This document shows, one piece after another, positions 1 to 7,363 of a stretch of 64,000 nt of DNA; position 1 is the first letter of the stretch, and every line of letters begins with the position of its first letter. Source of the stretch: a virus. A program made the translations under genes and the position numbers. Location: positions 298,573 through 362,572 of IMG/VR virus record IMGVR_UViG_3300032132_000001. One strand, 5' to 3'. The notes beneath the pieces were generated by a model. The model saw only the letters and a list, made by a program, of their open reading frames with translations, was not told where the DNA came from and made no database searches.

Positions 1-629
1 ATAGCGACGCGCACCGTCTCGGCCTTCGCAGCACCAACCAGCCGATGATCGAACTGCATGGGAGATTCCATAGCTGTAGCTAGGACTGTTCCCTGGTAGT
101 CAGCTGTAAAGTCCATCAAGCCGAAGTCTAGGACTTGGAGCCCGTTCTTCACCTTGGCGATGTTCTGGATATCATCCAGAGCTGCCTGGGTTTCGATGAT
201 CACGTGAATTGGAACCACTCTACCGGGGGTCATACCCTGGATCTTGCTGGTCATCTCTAACAGTTGCTGCGCATTGTACACCTTAGGGATGGTGACATAT
301 GCGATCCGATGCCCCACTTCCTTCATCAGGGCACCTACTTCCTTCTTCCACCACTCATTGTGATAGTCGTGGATTCTAACGCCGACTTGATTGAACTGGT
401 TCTTGAAGGAGCTTACCACTTCGATAGCGTCATCGAGGTTTTCTTGCTCTCGGCCCTTTGGGGCGCCATCTTCAAGATCGAAGGTGATGTCAAACACAGG
501 TCCACGGTGGTTCTGCATTTCAAGCGCTTTCCAGGCGAATCGCTTGTTACCGCAGAAGTGTTCGCACACCGGAATGGTCGGTACGACTTTTACGTTGGTG
601 TCTACCAACGCTTCATCTGGATGGATCAT
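1..629 (-). CDS. HpcH/HpaI aldolase / citrate-lyase beta (CitE)-like enzyme. N-terminus at 629; the C-terminus runs off the window start
   Basis: Hand translation of the minus strand from ATG (627-629) gives MIHPDEALVDTNVKVVPTIPV...FDITFDLEDGAPKGRE...HVIIETQAALDD...LDFGLMDFTADYQG with no stop to position 1. The DLEDG, IIET and xFGxxDxxAD motifs are typical of CitE/HpcH (PEP/pyruvate TIM-barrel) enzymes. The start overlaps the upstream stop as ATGA. It is not in the ORF track because it is partial. Confidence 0.55.
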   Translation of the reverse strand, partial: MIHPDEALVDTNVKVVPTIPVCEHFCGNKRFAWKALEMQNHRGPVFDITFDLEDGAPKGREQENLDDAIEVVSSFKNQFNQVGVRIHDYHNEWWKKEVGALMKEVGHRIAYVTIPKVYNAQQLLEMTSKIQGMTPGRVVPIHVIIETQAALDDIQNIAKVKNGLQVLDFGLMDFTADYQGTVLATAMESPMQFDHRLVGAAKAETVRVA

Positions 630-1576
630 TTGGTCTTTAGTCTCCGTGTTAGGGCCTGCATCTGTTGGCTGAGATACACCTGGTTCTGAACATCTTCCAT
701 GTCAATACCGTTATAGAGGCAATGGCTCTTAATGTATTCTCTTAGAGAAGCGGCCCAATAAGGGGGTTCAAACCCTAGGCTTTCTATTTTGTCCGTCTTG
801 AGTCTAGAGTCATCTGGTCTCGCAACGTTGTTCCATTTCTCATCGTACTCTTCTCTGCTGATCTCTGTGACATCCCCTATTGAGCGATGATAGTATTTGG
901 CATAAAAGTGTGCGATTTGTTTGGCGAATTGGAACCTAGAAGCAGACCCGCCATCTACATAGTGGAATGTTCCACGATGACCGTTCCTGATGAGAAACTT
1001 AGTAGCTTCTACCAGATTTCTTGTGTTGGTCGGGTTTCCGATCTGGAAATCTGGTGCAGAGCAGGACCCAGAGATGTTTAGATAGCTCATGATCTTCTGG
1101 ACGAAGTTGTATTTATTTGGGCCGTAGAGCCAGGCGGTCCTTATAATTATATGGTTGTCTGGTAGAATATGCCTAATCTCGTTCTCCCCTGCCAACTTGG
1201 ATTTACCATATTCAGATAGTGGCAAGCAATCGTCTGTTTCTGAATATGGCGCGTCTTCTCCGTCGAACACGAAATCAGTGGAGAAGTGCACCAAAAGAGA
1301 TCTAGATTTCTTGCAAGCTTCGGCAAGATTCCTGGGACCGACCTGGTTTGTCAGCCAGCAATTCCGATCTTTTTCAGCACCGGGCACATCAGTGTATGCA
1401 GAACAATTTAAGACTATCTTTGGGATGCCAAGACCGCTTTCATAAATGGTGAAATCGACGTCCCTTTTTACCGAGACGTCGATCCCTACACTTCTTGATA
1501 TCCCAATTATAGATGGGTCGTCTGCTATGAACTCCTTACCCAGTTGGCCTATGCCAAATAGTAAGGTTTCAGGCAT
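626..1576 (-). CDS. rmlD: dTDP-4-dehydrorhamnose reductase (RmlD)-like NAD(P)-dependent sugar reductase
   Basis: Rossmann LLFGIGQLG N-terminus; HFSTDFVFDG and SEYGKSKLAGE (YxxxK) and IIRTAWLYG motifs match the RmlD family. I moved the start to internal Met55 of the track ORF (ATG overlapping the upstream stop as ATGCCTGA), which removes a 170-nt overlap. Confidence 0.7.
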   Translation of the reverse strand: MPETLLFGIGQLGKEFIADDPSIIGISRSVGIDVSVKRDVDFTIYESGLGIPKIVLNCSAYTDVPGAEKDRNCWLTNQVGPRNLAEACKKSRSLLVHFSTDFVFDGEDAPYSETDDCLPLSEYGKSKLAGENEIRHILPDNHIIIRTAWLYGPNKYNFVQKIMSYLNISGSCSAPDFQIGNPTNTRNLVEATKFLIRNGHRGTFHYVDGGSASRFQFAKQIAHFYAKYYHRSIGDVTEISREEYDEKWNNVARPDDSRLKTDKIESLGFEPPYWAASLREYIKSHCLYNGIDMEDVQNQVYLSQQMQALTRRLKTK

Positions 1577-2534
1577 CCTTGAAGCCTTCGGTCTCGGCTT
1601 GACGAGCCATCGCGTCTGCGTCGTACATCCTCTCGATTTCCTGATACTTCGGAATGTCGCCGAGAAGATGGTGTCCGGGGTACATGTCACCGCGCTTGTT
1701 CTCCAGGCGCAATTGGGCATCTTGCTCCCACTTCGCAAGATCTTTATAATGATCGATCATGCCGTAAGTGCCAGCGTGGATGCCGAACAAGGTGATAAAG
1801 ATGTACTTGTAGCCAATTTCGCCCAATTCCTTGAACGTGAGCGGGTCTTCTTCTTTCGACCATTTGAACGAAGAGGAGTAATTGAATGCGCCAATCATCT
1901 GTGGGTGCCGCTTGCGTACTTCTTCCATGAACTTGATGAGAGGCCCGCGTTTCGGGTCTGGTAGCTCGATCCAAAGCATATCCACACCTTGGTCTGCATA
2001 GGCTATGCCACGATCGATGGCATTTTGCAAGCCTCCACCCTGGGCTCCATAAGCGTCTGTCCGAGCGATGATGATGAAGTCGTCGTCTTTCTTGGCATCT
2101 ACAGCGGCTTTGTACTTCCCTGCCGCTTGGCGTAATGGGATAACCCGCTTTCCAGCGATATGGCCGCACCTTTTTGGTGGCCATTGGTCTTCGATGTGTA
2201 TCCCGGCGACCCCTGCCCGCTCAAATTCCTGGACAGTCATCTGGGTCTGAACAGCATCGCCATACCCAGTATCTGCATCTGAGATGAGCGGGATGTCAGT
2301 GACGGCTGTAATTCGTCTAGCACAATCTACAATCTCGCTGCGTCCATAGAACGCTAGATCTCCCTTGCCATAGTGAGCCAGGCCGAATGAATACCCAGAT
2401 AGGTAGTTCATCTTCATACCTTGAGACTCTGCTATCTTGGCAGTTAGAGGGCTATAACACCCTCCAGCGAAAACGTACGGTTCTTCTGCCAACATTTTGC
2501 GAAATTTAGCTGCCTGGCTCATGGTGCTCCTCAA
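1569..2534 (-). CDS. isocitrate lyase/PEP mutase superfamily enzyme, methylisocitrate-lyase (PrpB)-like
   Basis: ISDADTGYG, HIEDQ and the KRCGH active-site loop. The Cys-containing K[KR]CGH loop is characteristic of ICL/PrpB-type C-C lyases rather than PEP mutase. Length 321 aa. Confidence 0.6.
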   Translation of the reverse strand: MRSTMSQAAKFRKMLAEEPYVFAGGCYSPLTAKIAESQGMKMNYLSGYSFGLAHYGKGDLAFYGRSEIVDCARRITAVTDIPLISDADTGYGDAVQTQMTVQEFERAGVAGIHIEDQWPPKRCGHIAGKRVIPLRQAAGKYKAAVDAKKDDDFIIIARTDAYGAQGGGLQNAIDRGIAYADQGVDMLWIELPDPKRGPLIKFMEEVRKRHPQMIGAFNYSSSFKWSKEEDPLTFKELGEIGYKYIFITLFGIHAGTYGMIDHYKDLAKWEQDAQLRLENKRGDMYPGHHLLGDIPKYQEIERMYDADAMARQAETEGFKDA

Positions 2535-2553
2535 AGTAGGGCAAACATACGGT

Positions 2554-2946
2554 ATGGCTCAGATACGTAGAATTGAACGCATCATAACCGAAGATCCAGA
2601 TGTCCTGTTGGAAAAAGGACCATCCTATAAACGAATTTTGTCTGTACTGAAGCATCATCTAATCTTTGGTGGTGGTGATAGGAAACCAACTAAAAAGGAA
2701 AATGAGTTGGTAGACCTGTTCAACCGTGGCGTATCGATGGAAGAGGTGATCTACGCCATGCTTCAAGATAAGTGTATCGGAAACGTAGGCTCGACGTACC
2801 TGAAGACTATTATTGGTCGCGGCATCCGTGAACTATGGCCCATGGAAGTTAATAATGTCAGGCGACTTATCGGACTGAAACCGGTCAAGGTTGACGTGAA
2901 GAAGGCCGTCAAGAAAGCCGTCAGAAAAGCTCGTACCCCGAACTAG
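2554..2946 (+). CDS. hypothetical protein, member A of the lineage-specific I(T/S)DDPDV family
   Basis: Start set at the internal ATG (MAQIRRIERIITEDPDVLLEKGP...). Shares ITEDPDVL...GSTYLKTIIGRGIRE with 59141-59587, 6556-7179 and 26583-27596. Confidence 0.5.
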   Translation: MAQIRRIERIITEDPDVLLEKGPSYKRILSVLKHHLIFGGGDRKPTKKENELVDLFNRGVSMEEVIYAMLQDKCIGNVGSTYLKTIIGRGIRELWPMEVNNVRRLIGLKPVKVDVKKAVKKAVRKARTPN

Positions 2947-3557
2947 TTGTCTAGGCCGCGCAGATCCGAAGCGGATTCGAAGTAAGACAAGAATCCAAGG
3001 ATGCCAGAGAATTCCGGTGTCGTCCTCATAGATCCTTCACTCACGAGCTTTGGCAGAGACTGGTACGCCGGTAGCAAGATGCTACTCAGCATAATGTAGA
3101 ATGGGACTGTCACCTTAGCTGAAACGAATGGTGTATCTTCTGACAGGACCTTGAACCGCTTCACAGCTTCGGATAGCCACCTACTCTCTGGTTCTATAGC
3201 GCGTTCGTCTCCTACCCACTCCTCAAGAATCCCTTCGATCTTGTCGTGGAACATCTTGGCGAGCTTCGTGCCTCGGGAGAAAGAGGACGGGAAGTCTCTC
3301 TTGGCATGGATGACGATCTTGCGCTTGTGTTCGAAGAGGTCTGCCAGATCAGCGATCGCTTTCTTTGAAGCAACTATGTGCTTCTGCGGATTCTGATTTA
3401 TCATCTCCATATGGATGACAGACAATCTCTTGATCTGATTCTCGTTCTCGTATAGGGACTTGAGCTGCTTCCAAAACGACTTGGCGAACTTGCCAATGTC
3501 GTTATACTTTCCGAACATGTCCCCAAAGAACTTATTTTGCATCGCTTCTAGTTTCAT
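2943..3557 (-). CDS. hypothetical protein (204 aa)
   Basis: Long ORF in a minus-strand co-directional gene array; ATGA-type junctions with neighbours; no recognisable motif. Confidence 0.45.
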   Translation of the reverse strand: MKLEAMQNKFFGDMFGKYNDIGKFAKSFWKQLKSLYENENQIKRLSVIHMEMINQNPQKHIVASKKAIADLADLFEHKRKIVIHAKRDFPSSFSRGTKLAKMFHDKIEGILEEWVGDERAIEPESRWLSEAVKRFKVLSEDTPFVSAKVTVPFYIMLSSILLPAYQSLPKLVSEGSMRTTPEFSGILGFLSYFESASDLRGLDN

Positions 3558-3796
3558 CGTCCTAATATGTCCCCATTTAGGCTTGCGAAACCGTTAACTT
3601 TCGCCTTGATCTTCGATAGTATATTCGCTTCCACGGTACTCTGCCTGGCGCCTTCTGGCTTGATTCTGAAGGGTACAAATCTATTTACTATTTCTACTTC
3701 CTTGAACGTCTTTGGAGCCGGTGGGGGCTTCATGATTCCGTTCGAAGGCGGGTAAGGAGAACGAGGTTTCCTTCTGATCATCACTACCCTTAGCAT
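3554..3796 (-). CDS. hypothetical small protein (80 aa)
   Basis: ORF abutting its neighbours on the same strand; weak support. Confidence 0.25.
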   Translation of the reverse strand: MLRVVMIRRKPRSPYPPSNGIMKPPPAPKTFKEVEIVNRFVPFRIKPEGARQSTVEANILSKIKAKVNGFASLNGDILGR

Positions 3797-4137
3797 CCTC
3801 TATACCCCCGGAAACCGACAGGATTGAAGTCGGCTTTCAAGCAAGCGAGAGTCAATTGTCTCACTGCTGTGCAGCCCGATTTCGATCCGAGCGGTTGAAC
3901 TGTAATTCGATCGATGTCTAATCTATAGTCTGTAATGATCCACCTGCTGCCCACACCCTGAGGAGAACCATTGATTTGGTTCTTCATGATCAGGATCACA
4001 CCTTTCTTGAAACCAGACTCCCGACAAGCCTCGAAATCGCTAGCTTGGCGAACGCTGTACACAAACTCTGGTGCATCAGCTGACTGGACGTCTTCAAACT
4101 GAAAGGTGAAGCTTGTAAATGGTAGTGGATCGGCCAT
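3790..4137 (-). CDS. hypothetical protein (115 aa)
   Basis: ORF in the minus-strand array, small overlap with neighbours. Confidence 0.4.
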   Translation of the reverse strand: MADPLPFTSFTFQFEDVQSADAPEFVYSVRQASDFEACRESGFKKGVILIMKNQINGSPQGVGSRWIITDYRLDIDRITVQPLGSKSGCTAVRQLTLACLKADFNPVGFRGYRGC

Positions 4138-4147
4138 AATTTATATT

Positions 4148-4546
4148 TTATTCTACTTGGGCAAGAATCACCTGAATATCAGATGTAACCCAAATCCCTT
4201 CTTTGGTCATGAAAGCGAGCTGATTTCTGTCTCTGAATATGGTTGGAACATTGTATTTGGAATATGAAGACTCTGGGATTACTGTAACATTTTGATGGGT
4301 TATCTCATAGTTGAGGGTTAGCTTCTTGATCTTGAGCCCTTCTTTTGGTGGTCGCAACCTGCCCCGATGTAGTTCACAATGAACTACACGATAATCTGGT
4401 ACTAGGTATAATTTCTTATCGCAGTAGAACGCCATGGTGTTCTCTTCGAACAGCTTAGGCACCCCACCCATATCGTCAGCCTCAAGGAGCTGCACATTTG
4501 GGTAGGTTAACTGGTATTCCGTAACTAGTCTGTGTAGTTTAATCAT
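4148..4546 (-). CDS. hypothetical protein (132 aa)
   Basis: ORF; first gene of the minus-strand array leaving the divergent region 4547-4763. Confidence 0.45.
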   Translation of the reverse strand: MIKLHRLVTEYQLTYPNVQLLEADDMGGVPKLFEENTMAFYCDKKLYLVPDYRVVHCELHRGRLRPPKEGLKIKKLTLNYEITHQNVTVIPESSYSKYNVPTIFRDRNQLAFMTKEGIWVTSDIQVILAQVE

Positions 4547-4763
4547 ATCGCAAAAATAGACTAAGTTCCTTTTGGGTTCGGGGGAGTCTCGTCAGGTTCG
4601 GGCTCAGCCAATCCCTTTCTAGGACCTTTCTTAGCCTTCGTACGAGGTTCAGTGGTAGGCTTGGTGGTGCTTTGGACCGCCTCACCTATTGGACAAGAAA
4701 GCTGTTCTAACCTCATATCGTATGTTTGATAGTACATAGGTTGGCCAGCGATAGGAGACCAAC
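4547..4763. promoter_or_regulatory. divergent intergenic region (probable promoters for the leftward array 4546 down to 2554 and the rightward array 4764-6351)
   Basis: About 215 nt without a convincing CDS between oppositely oriented gene arrays; an AGGAG SD precedes ATG 4764. The only ORF here (4561-4776 minus) is low-complexity. Confidence 0.35.
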
Positions 4764-5315
4764 ATGCGCAAAGCACTGCTTTTCTTGATCATCCTGGGTG
4801 TAGTAGGATGTCAAGCACCTCAGACCATCATCGTAGCGGCAGACCGTGCACAAGTGCATGCTGTCAAGTACCAGTCCAATATGACCAACATCGTCCTAAA
4901 GACGGTGGACGCATATGAGCGATCTGAGAAGCGAAGGATCAAGGACGACCACTACGACAACCTGCAAGACTTTGCATTGAAGAACGGCGGAAAGCTCTCT
5001 CCGATCTTCGTGAAAGTCCAGACAGAGCTTATGCTCTCCAAGCTGAAAAAGGTTGATCAGCAGGTCTTCAAGGTCAAGTCGGCAATGGTGAAAGCCAAGG
5101 TTGACTTCGACAGATTCATCGAACTTACTCAGCTGACTACGAAGTACCTGAAGTCCTCTGGCATGGAGCCAGAACACATCGCAGCCGTAAGGCAGGTGTT
5201 TGAGACAGCCGCTGAAGACTTCATCGAAGCTAAGCGGATTGAAAATGCTGCCAAGCTACAGGCCGCTCTTGCTGAGCTTGAAGCCATGGAAGCTGAAGGC
5301 GAAGGAGTAGAGTAA
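4764..5315 (+). CDS. putative lipoprotein (183 aa)
   Basis: N-terminus MRKALLFLIILGVVGCQAPQ is a signal peptide with an L-G-V-V-G-C lipobox; the rest is helical and charged; preceded by an AGGAG SD. Confidence 0.55.
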   Translation: MRKALLFLIILGVVGCQAPQTIIVAADRAQVHAVKYQSNMTNIVLKTVDAYERSEKRRIKDDHYDNLQDFALKNGGKLSPIFVKVQTELMLSKLKKVDQQVFKVKSAMVKAKVDFDRFIELTQLTTKYLKSSGMEPEHIAAVRQVFETAAEDFIEAKRIENAAKLQAALAELEAMEAEGEGVE

Positions 5316-5626
5316 TGGCTCTTACACGTGCACAGACCAAGGCTATCAAAGAGAAGTTGAAGGGGCTGGGTTTCGATTCAGACACCCTGAAACAACTGAC
5401 CGATGCAGAGCTGGAGAATTTCTACCAGCAGATGATGAAGACTGTAGTTGAGATCCACATCGAAGTGGACGATTCTCATCTGCTATCTGATGCTGACTAC
5501 CAGCAGATTGTAGAAGATGCGGGTAGTGCCATCAAAGGCGCACGGACATTAAAGGAAGTACTACTTCTGGTAGCTTCCGCCGGCAAGGCGTATCTGAGGT
5601 ATCAAACAGCCGGAATCGCTGGGTAA
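5315..5626 (+). CDS. hypothetical protein (103 aa)
   Basis: ORF start overlaps the upstream stop (TAATG); acidic helical protein. Confidence 0.4.
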   Translation: MALTRAQTKAIKEKLKGLGFDSDTLKQLTDAELENFYQQMMKTVVEIHIEVDDSHLLSDADYQQIVEDAGSAIKGARTLKEVLLLVASAGKAYLRYQTAGIAG

Positions 5627-5643
5627 ACTCATGCGAGGTAGAC

Positions 5644-6351
5644 GTGCCCAAAGCCTTAGATCCAGTCCTCGACCTCTACATGAGAGATGTCGGTAGGTAC
5701 GACCTTCTTAGTAAAGAAGAAGAGCTTGAAACAGCTAATCGCGTAAAAGCTGGGGATAAACAAGCCGCAGAGCATATGGTGAACTGCAATCTGCGGCTTG
5801 TTATCCACATCGCAAAGAAGTACTCCAGGATGGGCTATCCTCTAGACGACCTAATTGCCGCTGGCAATATGGGCCTCATCAAAAGCGTAGGACGATTCGA
5901 CCCAGATAAGGGCTATCGATTCTCGACTTACGCCACCTGGTGGATCAAGCAAACGATTCGGAAGCATCTCAGTGACAAGACGAGGACTATCCGAATCCCA
6001 AGCTACCAGCTCTCCGGTCCAAATGCAGAAGAGGTCAAAGCGAGGACTGCGTGTACCTCTTTTGAAACGCTGATTGGCGTAGATATCGAAGACAGCTACG
6101 AGAAATGCGGCGGCTTCGAAGACGCGCAGATGCTACGTGAGCTGCTGGACAGTCTAGATAAAAGGAAGCGTTTCATCATCGAGATGCGCTACGGCATGCG
6201 CCAAGGGATCGTTTTCACGCTGGATAAAGTGGGCGAAACCTTGAAACTCAGCAGAGAGCGAGTAAGGCAGCTTCAAAAGGAAGCTCTGGTTGAGATGAGG
6301 GAGCTTGCTAGCAAGCTTGCCTGTGTAGGGCCAGGTAAGACTCTAGACTAG
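5644..6351 (+). CDS. RNA polymerase sigma factor, sigma-70 family (regions 2 and 4)
   Basis: DLIAAGNMGLIKSVGRFDPDKGYRFSTYATWWIKQTIRK (region 2.x; FSTYATWWI is near-canonical) and TLDKVGETLKLSRERVRQLQKEAL (region 4.2 HTH). GTG start with a GAGGT SD. Confidence 0.75.
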   Translation: MPKALDPVLDLYMRDVGRYDLLSKEEELETANRVKAGDKQAAEHMVNCNLRLVIHIAKKYSRMGYPLDDLIAAGNMGLIKSVGRFDPDKGYRFSTYATWWIKQTIRKHLSDKTRTIRIPSYQLSGPNAEEVKARTACTSFETLIGVDIEDSYEKCGGFEDAQMLRELLDSLDKRKRFIIEMRYGMRQGIVFTLDKVGETLKLSRERVRQLQKEALVEMRELASKLACVGPGKTLD

Positions 6352-6552
6352 AGCTTTAGCTAGTCCAAGGGCGCTCAACAGGAAGTAGATTATCCTGGTG
6401 TGATTTTTGGAGCGCTCTTCTAGAGTAGCAACATGTTGCTCTAGTGCCCCGATTCTCTTCTCTAACGCACTGCCATTATCATCAGCATCGTTGAGGATAG
6501 CATCAAACTCAGCGAGTTTGGCTTGTACGTTGAGGCCGTCTCCTGTTCCCAT
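6343..6552 (-). CDS. small coiled-coil protein with a C-terminal hydrophobic segment (69 aa)
   Basis: ORF convergent with the sigma gene, overlapping its 3' end by 9 nt; heptad-like LEKRIGALEQHVATLEERS followed by IIYFLLSALGLAKALV. Confidence 0.3.
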   Translation of the reverse strand: MGTGDGLNVQAKLAEFDAILNDADDNGSALEKRIGALEQHVATLEERSKNHTRIIYFLLSALGLAKALV

Positions 6553-6555
6553 AAT

Positions 6556-7179
6556 CTATATTTTATTTATGATATCTGCGACGTTGTAGGTGTCAACATC
6601 ATGGAGCTGATTGGCGCTCAAGAACTTAGCACCACTGAACTCCTTATTATGCTTCAGCCTACCACCAACAATTTTACATAGAACAAATACTACGTCTTCG
6701 TTGTCTTCTTGTTGGATGATCTTTATAGCCTTACACTTGATGCCCATTTCTTCTTGGGCTTCACGGCAGGCGGCTTCTTCTGGGCTTTCTCCCTTCTCGA
6801 TGAAGCCTCCTGGGAAGACCCATTTCCCACATCTGCCGTCGCCACCGCAGGCTGTAGACTTCCCGAGAAGCCACTTACCTTTATGGTGGATCACCGCAAC
6901 AGCAGATTTGGGGATGTTAGGGACATCAGGGTCATCAGTGATCATGGAAGCTATAGCTTCAAGCTTAACCTTTTTCAACTTCTGCCTATTGGTGATCAAC
7001 TCTTCTATCTCGTTCTCATCTAAGGGGGCTGCATAATCTCTTATGATGTCATTGATGCGCTTGGTCAGACCTAAGATTACTGACCTTGCAGAGATATGCC
7101 CTTTTAGCATGACGTGGATAGCTTTCTCAAGCTCTCTATCCACAAGTGGCTTTACTTCTCTCGGAATTCCTCTGGCCAT
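6556..7179 (-). CDS. Nudix hydrolase fused to an I(T/S)DDPDV-family N-terminal domain
   Basis: C-terminal GGFIEKGESPEEAACREAQEEMGI matches the Nudix box GX5EX7REUXEEXGU; N-terminal 100 aa carry ITDDPDV and a segment similar to the C-terminal halves of the other family members. Confidence 0.7.
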   Translation of the reverse strand: MARGIPREVKPLVDRELEKAIHVMLKGHISARSVILGLTKRINDIIRDYAAPLDENEIEELITNRQKLKKVKLEAIASMITDDPDVPNIPKSAVAVIHHKGKWLLGKSTACGGDGRCGKWVFPGGFIEKGESPEEAACREAQEEMGIKCKAIKIIQQEDNEDVVFVLCKIVGGRLKHNKEFSGAKFLSANQLHDVDTYNVADIINKI

Positions 7180-7257
7180 GTCTTATCTTTGATATACAAA
7201 AATAGCATATGAAACTTGCGCAACTGTATAGCTCGGCTCCTGGTTCAAGGCGCCCAT

Positions 7258-7287
7258 TCAAAAACGAGCCTGAGAAACCGAAGCCTC
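7258..7287 (-). terminator. possible rho-independent terminator downstream of the 7364-8197 gene
   Basis: Minus-strand reading GAGGCTTCGGTTTCTCAGGCTC forms an imperfect 6-bp stem (one mismatch) followed by GTTTTTG. Confidence 0.3.
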
Positions 7288-7363
7288 TACCGCCGACAGA
7301 TCCAGAACCGGCAAAGCCACACTGGACTGGTCGATCTATACTAGGTAGGAAGAAGACCTACGC

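Noticed and set aside
264-689. Plus-strand ORFs 264-689 and 391-672 from the ORF track
   Set aside because: They lie antisense to the CitE-like partial gene, whose minus-strand translation has clear family motifs; the plus-strand products are low-complexity nonsense
1569-2534. Calling this enzyme a PEP phosphomutase (phosphonate biosynthesis)
   Set aside because: The active-site loop is KRCGH with the catalytic Cys typical of isocitrate/methylisocitrate lyases; PEP mutases lack this Cys. I kept the superfamily-level call and flagged the distinction as checkable
4561-4776. 71-aa minus-strand ORF in the divergent region
   Set aside because: Pro/Thr/Lys low-complexity, no RBS, and it overlaps the well-supported lipoprotein start; treated as part of a regulatory spacer
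7180-7363. tRNA or other structured RNA genes in the intergenic gaps (7180-7363, 10709-10927, 14830-15167, 42240-42514)
   Set aside because: I scanned by eye for T-arm (GTTCRANYC) and acceptor-stem pairings and found none; this is unreliable without tRNAscan/Infernal, so it is recorded as not found rather than absent
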